The notes under the pieces were generated by a model. The model did no database searches, was not told where the DNA came from, and saw nothing but the letters and a program-made list of their open reading frames with translations. A stretch of 64,000 nucleotides of DNA, taken from sequence record OR413585.1. One strand, written 5' to 3'. The position numbers and the translations under genes were made by a program. Positions 9,892 through 19,202 of the stretch are shown in pieces. Every line of letters begins with the position of its first letter. The first letter of the stretch is position 1.

Positions 9892-10722
9892 TTGATGATC
9901 AACTATGCTAAGCCGTCAAACGAGTTGGTCTTTGACCTCATTAACCGGGATAACCCAAACCTACCTATTAAAGCGTCGCCGGCAAACTGCTACGTGGAGA
10001 AAGTGACACAGGTTCCCGTTAATGCAGCTTCCAACAACCGCAATACGTCGGCACGCTTGCGCGGTATTCAGGGTTCTGGATTTCGAGACGCAATCACCGT
10101 TTACTACGACCGTGTGAACTTAGCGCGGTTATTGCCGTGGGGGCCTTCCGTCCAGGCGCAGTTCGTCACGTTTGACGCACCCAACCTCCACTCAGCCTTT
10201 TCGGTGCTCTTGGATACCTACGGAGTAAACTTCTCCGCAATCGATATCCAAAACTACTCACTGTTTGGTGCCAATACCCCAAATTACACCAATACACAGA
10301 CCATTGCAGCGCTATCGACATCTCCGGCTTATATCGGTTCTGCGACGTTGCGTTATAACCGTGGTTTACCGGTACTAGACACTTCGGTGAAATCGGATGT
10401 CTTGAATGCGATTCAAGAGCCTATTTCACCGTCTCTCGGTAAGAAGTGTATTGATTTGTTGACGTACGGTATTGACTTTACCGCGTATAAAAACCTACTG
10501 ACAGTAGATGCTTCTGGCCTACCGCAGTGGGCTGGTTTGCGTAAGGTGTTGGATGACCTGGGTATTCCGAACTACGCGGGGCCACTGAACAGCAACACCG
10601 TTCAGGATGTGCCGACTTCCACCGCTCAGTTCGCTAACAAATCGTACGACCGCGTGGTTATCCAAACGGGTATCGATGAGGAAGGCGTGAAAGGCGTGGC
10701 GTACTACCACTATAACAGCTAA
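9892..10722 (+). CDS. putative virion structural protein, paralog family A
   Basis: RNTSARL..ITVYYDRVNL; ends AYYHYNS. Confidence 0.75.
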   Translation: MMINYAKPSNELVFDLINRDNPNLPIKASPANCYVEKVTQVPVNAASNNRNTSARLRGIQGSGFRDAITVYYDRVNLARLLPWGPSVQAQFVTFDAPNLHSAFSVLLDTYGVNFSAIDIQNYSLFGANTPNYTNTQTIAALSTSPAYIGSATLRYNRGLPVLDTSVKSDVLNAIQEPISPSLGKKCIDLLTYGIDFTAYKNLLTVDASGLPQWAGLRKVLDDLGIPNYAGPLNSNTVQDVPTSTAQFANKSYDRVVIQTGIDEEGVKGVAYYHYNS

Positions 10723-10727
10723 GTGTA

Positions 10728-10752
10728 GGGGCTCTTCGGAGCCCCATCTTTT
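10728..10752 (+). terminator. intrinsic terminator
   Basis: GGGGCTC-TTCG-GAGCCCC plus ATCTTTT. Confidence 0.75.
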
Positions 10753-10769
10753 GGCGATGCGGAGTCCCT

Positions 10770-12182
10770 ATGCTATTTTACTCGAAGGAGTCGGCACTGC
10801 TTGTATACGACCAAGTCAATCGGGATAACCCTGATTTAGTTATTAAGCTGACGCCGGCTATCGCTGCTTTAACCAGTGGCCCAACCTCAGTTACGTTAAA
10901 CCAACGTAACACCAAAGCTGTTTTCACCGGGTATCCAGGGACAGGTGTACAAGGTAATGTTACCGTGTACTACGACCGGATTAACCTGGCCACCTTATTT
11001 AATTTTGTGCCGACTGTGGCTATCAAAGACACAGTCTTAACGGTACGAGACGCGTTACCTGCAATAAACGACGCATTAGGACTTACATTAGTTGCTTCTG
11101 ATTTGCAGTCACCTGACGCAAGTTTACCTAAACCGAGCGTTTCGCCGCAGACGTTGAAATTAAATATCTCAGGTAATTGCCCTGCGTTTACAGGCAGCTT
11201 AACGATACGTTATACCGTCCCGAGCGGTGCAATTTACCCCGATTCTGGACCTGGCCCTAAAACGTTGCTGCAAGGTAACACTATTGCGGGTTATTTCGGA
11301 ACAACCACAACTGCAGAGTTGTTTACACACTCTCAACTTCTTAATGCCACTATATCGGCCGGTGCGTTACCACCGGTACATTCTGGTGCCGAAGGTTGGT
11401 ACAAGTTCTTTTACCAGGGTAGGGTTATTTACTTCCCGATTAGTCCTGTCGCTAGCTCCATCTCCTGGAATACGTTATATACAAACGGACTCGTTTACGG
11501 AACAGACGATAATGGTAAATACCCTGCAGCGACGCCCGTTAACCAGGGACGCATCATTAGCTTTACAGGCGCAGACAACAAAAGGTTTTACTTCCGCGTT
11601 CGTCTACCTAGTGCTGGGAAAGACCCATACGTCAGCGGCACCCCAACGGCCGCTGAGTTAGCAGGTAGTGAGTTTGAGATGTTCAACTTTCTGTATAATG
11701 GAACGTGGGACAAACCGATTAACAGTTACTGGACGCTGTTCTGTTTATTGAAAGATACACTGAAGACCAACGTCGCCCATCATCGCATGGCGACGTTGTC
11801 TGGAGCAAGTTGGACAAACTTAGAAAAATCATCGAGTGCGGGCAACTACTACTGGTTCCCGGTGCTGGAGTTGGTGGATAAGTCCACAGTTACCTTGGGT
11901 TTAGAAGATATCCACGGTACGGCAGATTACAGTCTCCAACCGTGCAGCGTGTCCGCAGAAAACACATTTAGTCTCAAGCCGTTAGTGCTCGGTAATCCGG
12001 ATACTACCGATTTCGAACCGGTAGTTGTTACTTCAGAAAACAGTTTCGCACTGCATCCGCCTGCTTTAATGCTGCCGAAGACAGTCGACTTCCAACCTAT
12101 TGCGGCTACCGCTGAAATGTATACGCCCCCTGACAAGACAACGTTAACGTCTCTTAACGGTGAACTGGACGGCTTTAAGTAG
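10770..12182 (+). CDS. putative virion structural protein, type B (family A N-domain + GPGP domain + NGELDGF tail)
   Basis: VYYDRINL N-domain; SGPGPKTL..G..AGYFG; ends LNGELDGFK. Confidence 0.75.
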   Translation: MLFYSKESALLVYDQVNRDNPDLVIKLTPAIAALTSGPTSVTLNQRNTKAVFTGYPGTGVQGNVTVYYDRINLATLFNFVPTVAIKDTVLTVRDALPAINDALGLTLVASDLQSPDASLPKPSVSPQTLKLNISGNCPAFTGSLTIRYTVPSGAIYPDSGPGPKTLLQGNTIAGYFGTTTTAELFTHSQLLNATISAGALPPVHSGAEGWYKFFYQGRVIYFPISPVASSISWNTLYTNGLVYGTDDNGKYPAATPVNQGRIISFTGADNKRFYFRVRLPSAGKDPYVSGTPTAAELAGSEFEMFNFLYNGTWDKPINSYWTLFCLLKDTLKTNVAHHRMATLSGASWTNLEKSSSAGNYYWFPVLELVDKSTVTLGLEDIHGTADYSLQPCSVSAENTFSLKPLVLGNPDTTDFEPVVVTSENSFALHPPALMLPKTVDFQPIAATAEMYTPPDKTTLTSLNGELDGFK

Positions 12183-12193
12183 AGGTATCATCT

Positions 12194-13192
12194 ATGTCTT
12201 TTACTTTGCGTTGGAAAAATCCAAACGTAATCTCTACGGTAGTAAAAATCTACCGTGATGTTAAAGATATCACACCAAGCGCTTTGCCTGAACCGATTGC
12301 AACGCTCTCAAACGGCGAGACAGAATGGCGTGATACCACCGCCACACCAGGCGCAACCTATTATTACCTTCTGACGGTAACCGCCAACGGTAAAACAGTG
12401 GCATCGTCTAGCCAGAAATATACCATTGAACTGAAGCGGGGAATCGGTCCAATGACTATTCTAAACGGTGACGACCGTTTAGGGTTTATGGGTGCGGTTC
12501 CTTACGACGAACAGTGGCTTCCGTCGCAAATGCCACCTGCATTTTTGGCGATGTTCCCTAACCTACTAACCGATCGTGTGGCGTTGTATAAATTTACCCG
12601 AAACGGGAAGATCTATTACATGCTATCTAGCACGTCGCAGTTCCCGAATACGCCTGTGGACTGGGCTTCCCTCTATCAAGCTGGTTTAGTCTACGGTACA
12701 GGCGATGCTGGCCCAGAGAACGGCCATGGAACGCTACCGGCCACTCCACAAGACGCTAAGATAGTCCACAGAGGGGATACGTACATTATGCGTCTTCCTC
12801 GCGGCCTGACGACGTCTAGCGAGTCTCCTGCGTATCCTTTCGTGGCTGACTACAATGGGAAAACCCACGATGAAATCGCTTCTCTAACCAACCCGTGCGA
12901 GTATAACGATTTACTTTACACGATGGTTAACGAGGTGCCGAAGAAACAACGTTGGGCTAACTGGGCAACAATCGGTTATACTTATCTGGGACAGGGTACT
13001 TTGGGAACCTTGGCACAGTATTTCGGCGGTGGTGTTCTCTGTATGGAACACGACACCGCGGAAGACCGTGTGCTCCATCGTGGTATTTTTAACAATGCCG
13101 GTGGAACACCCGTATCCACGATTCAGCGTATAAACTATTTATCACCCACCACGAAAGGGCGCTACTACCCTATCTTTGAACTGGTCGAGTAA
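12194..13192 (+). CDS. putative virion protein, type C1 (Fn3/Ig-like N-domain + GPGP-type domain)
   Basis: FTLRW..KIYRD..GETEWRD..TYYY resembles Fn3; GLVYGT motif shared with type B. Confidence 0.7.
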   Translation: MSFTLRWKNPNVISTVVKIYRDVKDITPSALPEPIATLSNGETEWRDTTATPGATYYYLLTVTANGKTVASSSQKYTIELKRGIGPMTILNGDDRLGFMGAVPYDEQWLPSQMPPAFLAMFPNLLTDRVALYKFTRNGKIYYMLSSTSQFPNTPVDWASLYQAGLVYGTGDAGPENGHGTLPATPQDAKIVHRGDTYIMRLPRGLTTSSESPAYPFVADYNGKTHDEIASLTNPCEYNDLLYTMVNEVPKKQRWANWATIGYTYLGQGTLGTLAQYFGGGVLCMEHDTAEDRVLHRGIFNNAGGTPVSTIQRINYLSPTTKGRYYPIFELVE

Positions 13193-13201
13193 GGGGCAGT
13201 C

Positions 13202-14125
13202 ATGACTATACGGTTAAGCTGGCCGTCCCAAGCCAGCAAAGGTCTTACCGCGATTGAAATCTACCGCAAGGAAGGATGGAACGCAACAATCGACGTTTAC
13301 AACCCAGGCACACCCCACGCCACCTTATCCGGTAGCGCGGTAGAGTTCGTAGATAATATCGATACCCTGACGAAGAATACAACTTATCGTTACTGGGTAG
13401 CTGCTGTGAAAGATAATGAACGACTTATCGGCAATCCGATTACGCAAGGGTTCTATCCGGACACTGGACCGGGGCCACAAACTATTTTGCGTGGCGATTG
13501 GGCGTCAGGCTATTTCGGTACGGTATCTAATACCGAGTTCTTTAATACTGCCGAGTTAAAACTCATGTTAACCGCGCAGCAGGGAAACATGTTTACTTAC
13601 GACCCTCAGGAATGGCACAAGTTTATTTTCCGTGGGCGAATTGTCTTCTTCCCAGCGACGATGCATTCGAAAAGCAACTCGGTACAAATGGCGTATCAGT
13701 ACGGCATGATGTACGGGACCGATGATGTCGGAAGTATTGTTCCGCAGGGAGCCACGGCGACTAAACAAGATTGTAAGGTCACGAAGGATGGTCGTACGTA
13801 CCGTATCCGATTACCTTACGCAGTCCCGTACGACGCGGCACTCTCAGGACAGGATTACAACAACGGTGAATGGCGAAACACAATGGGCCGTTTGTATCCT
13901 GTCGGTGCACAGTACGCAGCCCTCGGTCTTGGTGCGATTGACTCACTTGAAAGACAAGGCGCGACTGCGCAGCCGAATGAGTCAGGTGCCGCTGTATTAG
14001 CTCCTTTGTGGAGCAACAACATATTCGCTTATGCGTATGGCACCGTGCCTATGGGGATTAGTAACACCGCAGGTGTCGGGAACTCGGCCACGATATTCTT
14101 TGCTTTTGAATTAGTCTTACCGTAA
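13202..14125 (+). CDS. putative virion protein, type C2 (Fn3-like + GPGP domain)
   Basis: TGPGPQTILRGDWASGYFG; paralog of 16648..17550. Confidence 0.7.
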   Translation: MTIRLSWPSQASKGLTAIEIYRKEGWNATIDVYNPGTPHATLSGSAVEFVDNIDTLTKNTTYRYWVAAVKDNERLIGNPITQGFYPDTGPGPQTILRGDWASGYFGTVSNTEFFNTAELKLMLTAQQGNMFTYDPQEWHKFIFRGRIVFFPATMHSKSNSVQMAYQYGMMYGTDDVGSIVPQGATATKQDCKVTKDGRTYRIRLPYAVPYDAALSGQDYNNGEWRNTMGRLYPVGAQYAALGLGAIDSLERQGATAQPNESGAAVLAPLWSNNIFAYAYGTVPMGISNTAGVGNSATIFFAFELVLP

Positions 14126-14138
14126 TGGAGTAAATACC

Positions 14139-15557
14139 ATGGGGTTGTATACAGAACCTTCAATGGAACTGCTCTGCCAACAAATTGTGCGTGACAATCC
14201 CGGTTTAGCAGGAAAAATCACCCCTGACTCCATTGGGGTCAGGGGTGTTCCTGTTGCGAAAAACGTTAACGGACGAAACACTCAGATTACGTTGGTAGGA
14301 AAACCCGGTAAAGGATTTGCTGGGGAAATAACGGTATATTACGACCGGTTGAATCTGGCCAGTCTATTTAAGTCTGGCCCGAATATGGTGAGTATTCCAC
14401 GTAGCGCACAAACCCATGCGGAAGCGTTACCGGCGTTCAATGAATTGAACGGGTTGAACTTAACCGCGAGTGACATCACCAGTCCAAACGTTGCATTAAT
14501 GAAATACGCTACGCCGGAAACTGTAACTCTGACGGCGCACGCTAACTCCTTGTGTTATACCGGGTCATGCAAGATGACCTATGTTTACGAACCGATTGCG
14601 ATGTATCCGAAGTCGGGTCCTGGGCCAAAAGGATTAATGGCCGGTAATGAGTTATACGGATTCTTTGGGCTGGTAAGCGCGGAAGAGTTATTCACATCTG
14701 ATGAAATGGTGTATGCCCTCTATAACGGCACCAACTGGCCTAACCGCTACGCTATCAAGTGGCTCAAATTCTTTCTGAATGGGGCGGTAGTGTTTGTTCC
14801 GACCCGTGCGATTTGCAACGTTACCTGGGCAGACCTGTACAACAAGGGTGCAATATTTGATTCCGGAGACGCAGGACCTCGCCCGAAGTCGACTTACACA
14901 CCTGTCGATGTTGAACAGTTGAAATACATGGTAAAACGGGATGATGAAGGAACGCATTATTTCAGAATGTCTATCCCGTATTACACCGAGAACGCCGCCG
15001 CGCCTGATTGGAGTAAACCGCCGTCAATCACCTCTATCCTGTCACTGACCAGCAAATTGGGGTCGGTGAACGTATATGGGGAGTGGGGAACTCTTAGCAC
15101 GACTGATGCTAACTTCCTGGATTACGTGTGGTTACGACACCAGTTCGGTGCCGACCAAGCGTATTACCAGTCTATCAGTGGGAGCTATCGTTCATACACC
15201 TACATCTACACCTCTTCTGGCTTTTGGCCAATCTTGGAGATGTTTGATGTTGCCAATGAACCTGTGCCGTTGATTGACGAAGGTGCAGAATTAACATGGG
15301 CACCGTCCGTGGTTACTCTGACGGACATCGACCAAAACGAATCGCTTCGTGTGGTGCCGATTACGGAAACCTCCGCTACAGCGAATCCACGTCCTCTGCT
15401 TGCCACGACGGACAATGATGAACGTGCATATTCCGTCGCGGTAACAGGCATGGCTACCGTTAAGATTAGACCGATTATTCTCACGACTGACCAAATCGCC
15501 CAACCTTCAAAAATTACTCTGGGCGATACTAACGGTGAGTTGGATGGATTCCAATAA
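14139..15557 (+). CDS. putative virion structural protein, type B
   Basis: Paralog of 10770..12182; SGPGPKGL; ends TNGELDGFQ. Confidence 0.75.
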   Translation: MGLYTEPSMELLCQQIVRDNPGLAGKITPDSIGVRGVPVAKNVNGRNTQITLVGKPGKGFAGEITVYYDRLNLASLFKSGPNMVSIPRSAQTHAEALPAFNELNGLNLTASDITSPNVALMKYATPETVTLTAHANSLCYTGSCKMTYVYEPIAMYPKSGPGPKGLMAGNELYGFFGLVSAEELFTSDEMVYALYNGTNWPNRYAIKWLKFFLNGAVVFVPTRAICNVTWADLYNKGAIFDSGDAGPRPKSTYTPVDVEQLKYMVKRDDEGTHYFRMSIPYYTENAAAPDWSKPPSITSILSLTSKLGSVNVYGEWGTLSTTDANFLDYVWLRHQFGADQAYYQSISGSYRSYTYIYTSSGFWPILEMFDVANEPVPLIDEGAELTWAPSVVTLTDIDQNESLRVVPITETSATANPRPLLATTDNDERAYSVAVTGMATVKIRPIILTTDQIAQPSKITLGDTNGELDGFQ

Positions 15558-15569
15558 GAGGTAACGACA

Positions 15570-16644
15570 ATGGCTTTTACAATTCGTTGGACGAACAATA
15601 ACCCTGGGGCTTCGACCGTGAAGCTGTACCGCGACACCAAACCTCTGGAGCGTACGGCATTACCTGAACCTCTGGCAACGTTCACTAACGGGGAAACTGA
15701 GTATACTGACCGAACAGCGATACTGGGGACAACGTATTACTACATGACCACCGTGACAGTGGGAAGCCGGACACTGTTCAGTCCGCAGAAATCAATTCTG
15801 ATTCAGAACCGTCGCGGTATCGGCATCGTGGCTCCACAGTACGGTGATGACCGCTTTGCGTATTACGGGTATGTGGCGTACGGTGAATTGCCTAGCGCGG
15901 CTGATTATCCGCCAGGGTTTGTGGCCCTTTCTGGATTTGACCCAACTGTTAAGCCGGGCTTGATTAAGTTCCAGCTAGACGGTAAAATTCTGTATCTGTT
16001 TAGTGGTCTTCGTGTGAACGGCAACACGCTGTATAGCCGTGATGCGATTTATAACGCGGGGCTTGTGTACGGTGTTGATGGATTTGGTCCTGATAACGGA
16101 CGTGGTGATTTGGTGGGTGTTGACCAGAGTGGGTTGTTTGAATGGCAAGGCGACACCTGATGGATTTGGTCCTGATAACGGACGTGGTGATTTGGTGGGT
16201 GTTGACCAGAGTGGGTTGTTTGAATGGCAAGGCGACACCTATCGGATGCGATTGCTGCGCGGTTTAACCGACGGGGACGAACCGACAGTAATGACGTTGG
16301 ATGAATCGTTACGAAACGCAGACCATGATGACTTGGAATATGGTCGCTGCGAATATAACGACTTTGTTTATCCGTTCGGAGATTGTATCCCTAACAAACA
16401 AATGCTCCCTAACTGGACTAATATCAGTCCAGCGTCCATTTATGGGAGCGGTAGCGCTTACCAAGGCAAAGGTTTCTTGTGCCAAGAACGTGATCCTGAA
16501 TCGGGATTAGTTCTGGTTCGTGGGTCTGCGCCTATCGATTCAAGCATAGTCAATACGTCGAAACGTAACCTCTCCCAAGTTACGTTAATTGACAGTGCTG
16601 AGAAGGTCGGTTTGTACGCATTCGTTATCGAGTTAGTGGAGTAA
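15570..16644 (+). pseudogene. type C1 virion gene split by an 82-bp tandem duplication (or an assembly artefact)
   Basis: 15570..16160 and the 3' part of 16039..16644 together match 12194..13192; removing 82 bp gives a 330-aa ORF. Confidence 0.8.
16077..16240 (+). repeat. perfect 82-bp direct tandem duplication
   Basis: GATGGATTTGGTCC...GGCGACACCT at 16077-16158 and 16159-16240. Confidence 0.95.
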
Positions 16645-16647
16645 AAC

Positions 16648-17550
16648 ATGTCGATTATCTTAAACTGGAAACAACAGCCAGGTCAGACTTTAGATTCCAT
16701 TGAAATCTATCGTTACGTTAACCCTAGACAAAGTGTTAGCCCAGTAGCACCGGGGGAACCCATTGTAACACTACCAGGTAACACAACGACGTACGAGGAC
16801 AAGACCACCGAAGCGTATAAAACGTATCAATATCGCATCGTGGCGGTAAAGGGCACTGAAAAGGTTATGGGGCTGCCGATTGTACAGGGCGACTTTCCAA
16901 TGACAGGACCCGGCCCACAGGAACTTATTCGTGGCGACTGGCATCGTGGCTACTTTGGCACACTGACAAACGAAGAATTTATTCTTAACCATGCCGAGCT
17001 GAATGGTTTAATTGGCTTTAATGCCTGGAACCAAGCTCCAACATTGTTCCATAAATTCGTTTTCAAAGGACGCATTCTGTTCATTCCTGACACGGTGACC
17101 TGTTTAGGGACGTCGTGGAACGAACAATACCAGCAAGGTCTGGCCTGGGGAACAGATGACTACGGTTTCCCGCCACGGGGCGTCGCTACCACTAACCAGC
17201 GTCGGACATTTAATAAAGACGGTTACGAGTATGTGGTACGTTTGCCTCGACTCGGAGACTACAGTTATGGGCACAGCACCTACCTAAACAGCGGTGGTTA
17301 TTTTCAAGACGGCGAGTGGCACAACACGTTCGCAAGCTTGTTCCGGTACGCGGGCGTCGTAAGACGTTTTGGCGACTTACCGATGCGCTCCGGCGGTAGT
17401 CCAACCGATTCAACCGCAACATTGTTTGCCAACGGTTATGACAACGCCACCCCGTGGTATTATCGCGCCACTTATCCAGACTCACCATCGTACATCTCTT
17501 CGAACAGTAGCGCGTCGGTAGTCCACGTTATCGAATTGGTTCTTAGCTAA
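16648..17550 (+). CDS. putative virion protein, type C2
   Basis: TGPGPQELIRGDWHRGYFG; Fn3-like N-terminus. Confidence 0.7.
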   Translation: MSIILNWKQQPGQTLDSIEIYRYVNPRQSVSPVAPGEPIVTLPGNTTTYEDKTTEAYKTYQYRIVAVKGTEKVMGLPIVQGDFPMTGPGPQELIRGDWHRGYFGTLTNEEFILNHAELNGLIGFNAWNQAPTLFHKFVFKGRILFIPDTVTCLGTSWNEQYQQGLAWGTDDYGFPPRGVATTNQRRTFNKDGYEYVVRLPRLGDYSYGHSTYLNSGGYFQDGEWHNTFASLFRYAGVVRRFGDLPMRSGGSPTDSTATLFANGYDNATPWYYRATYPDSPSYISSNSSASVVHVIELVLS

Positions 17551-17561
17551 CAGGAGCTAAT

Positions 17562-17837
17562 ATGGGGTTTTACTCATCCACTGCACTTGAGCTATTGTGT
17601 CGGCTCATTCAGCGGGATAATCCCCAACACGCAGGTCGAATCAGCGCAGATTCAATTGGGGAGTGTACGATCTATTACGATGAGTCGTTAAACAGTAACA
17701 CAGTGGCCGATGTTACCACCGCATCCAATTCGTTCGCTAATAAAGCGTACGGCCGCGTGGTTATCCAAACTGACGTCGAAGCAGCTGGAGTTAAAGGGAT
17801 AGCGTACTTCACCATAACAGCTAAAAATAGGCCCTGA
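17562..17837 (+). pseudogene. internally deleted chimeric remnant of array genes
   Basis: N-terminus resembles 14139; C-terminus resembles the end of 9892; a 1-nt shift near the end reads into the terminator. Confidence 0.7.
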
Positions 17838-17857
17838 AGGGCCTATTTTCTTTTTTT
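17825..17857 (+). terminator. intrinsic terminator
   Basis: AAATAGGCCC-TGAA-GGGCCTATTT plus T tract. Confidence 0.8.
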
Positions 17858-17868
17858 AGGACGTTGCA

Positions 17869-19188
17869 ATGATCAACTATAACAAACCTGTCATGCAGCT
17901 GGTTTGGGATCAGATTAATCGTGATAACCCGCAGCTCAAGAAACCACTCAACGCAACCAACGTGGCGTTATTACAAGGTCCTTTAACCAATGCCTTGCGC
18001 GATGGCCGCAACAGCCGTATAGTGGTAAACGGATTACAGGGTGGTGGTTACAGCGGTAAGATGGACATCTACTACGACCGCTTAAACCTTTCGCAGTATT
18101 TTAAAGGCGTCAGCGTACCGGTTAAAGTACCATATCGGGCGACGTCCTACCGCGACATCATCGACCGGATTTCCGCAGCTTGTGGGTTGGTGCTTACTGC
18201 TGACGATTTAACGTATCCCGACAGCCAGTTTGCAATGATCACCGTGGCAACGGGCGATCGGACGGTGGCGATTAAATCGGATAACCCCGCATTCACGGGT
18301 CACATTCCTATTAGCTTTATTCGTGAAGAGCCCAGCTTTGCCGACTTGTACCACACCACCGAAACCGGAGCTTGGGAACCCATGGATGTTTACAGCACGG
18401 TCTATCGACTCGACTGGAGCATGTACACCCAACAGATAATCAATATCCCAATGGGTACCCCGTTGCGACTAAACAGTAACTCGTACATGAACCAGTTCAT
18501 CGCTGCGCTGTCGGCATGGTCGGGCATCCCGTTCACTATCGGCAACGCTGCTACTGATAACCCGTATGACCTCTATGGGTACGTCGCTACACGCAATAAC
18601 AACCCAGGCTTAGACCCTGATATGCGTGGGGAGTACAATTACTGCGTGAAGTTGACGCCACCTGAGGATATGGGTAATCTCCGCCGTCCGTTTTTCTTGC
18701 ACTTTGGTCCGAAAAATAACGTGGCCTATTTAGCGCAGGAAGAGGACGTCGAACGTTATGCGCGTTACATGGGGTTCCGGGAAACCAGCTCAAATACGAT
18801 GAGCATCACGTTATATCAAAACGAGTACGTGTTGACCCGGGCGGAAGCGCCTGAAACGAGGGATGATTTATCGGGTTCCCCGTATGGCCTTCAATACTGT
18901 ACCGGGAGTATTCGACGGCTGATGCAACACGCGTTTCCGACCGAAGAGATGTTCCAAGAAAGTATTGCTAACCGGCGGCGGGTACTGTACCACACTGCTT
19001 ACACCACCACGACATCAGCTGTTACTTACCCGGGACTAAACCGTAACGGATACCAATCCAAACAAGTGTCGAGCAATTACTCGAATTACTGTAACTATTT
19101 CATCTATTACGACCCAAGCAAAGGTGGCTATATGGTCTACAGTCCATATAGCAAAACCGCCCCGGTCCCTTGGTATCCACCGCTATAG
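17869..19188 (+). CDS. putative virion protein (family A N-domain, distinct C-domain)
   Basis: RNSRIVV..MDIYYDRLNL; C-terminal YSPYSKTAP..W shared with 19203. Confidence 0.7.
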   Translation: MINYNKPVMQLVWDQINRDNPQLKKPLNATNVALLQGPLTNALRDGRNSRIVVNGLQGGGYSGKMDIYYDRLNLSQYFKGVSVPVKVPYRATSYRDIIDRISAACGLVLTADDLTYPDSQFAMITVATGDRTVAIKSDNPAFTGHIPISFIREEPSFADLYHTTETGAWEPMDVYSTVYRLDWSMYTQQIINIPMGTPLRLNSNSYMNQFIAALSAWSGIPFTIGNAATDNPYDLYGYVATRNNNPGLDPDMRGEYNYCVKLTPPEDMGNLRRPFFLHFGPKNNVAYLAQEEDVERYARYMGFRETSSNTMSITLYQNEYVLTRAEAPETRDDLSGSPYGLQYCTGSIRRLMQHAFPTEEMFQESIANRRRVLYHTAYTTTTSAVTYPGLNRNGYQSKQVSSNYSNYCNYFIYYDPSKGGYMVYSPYSKTAPVPWYPPL

Positions 19189-19202
19189 ACTAAGGTGTCA
19201 CC

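Noticed and set aside
16039-16160. Apparent separate 201-aa gene starting at 16039
   Set aside because: Its N-terminal part is an off-frame read created by the 82-bp duplication; the rest is the C-half of the 15570 gene.
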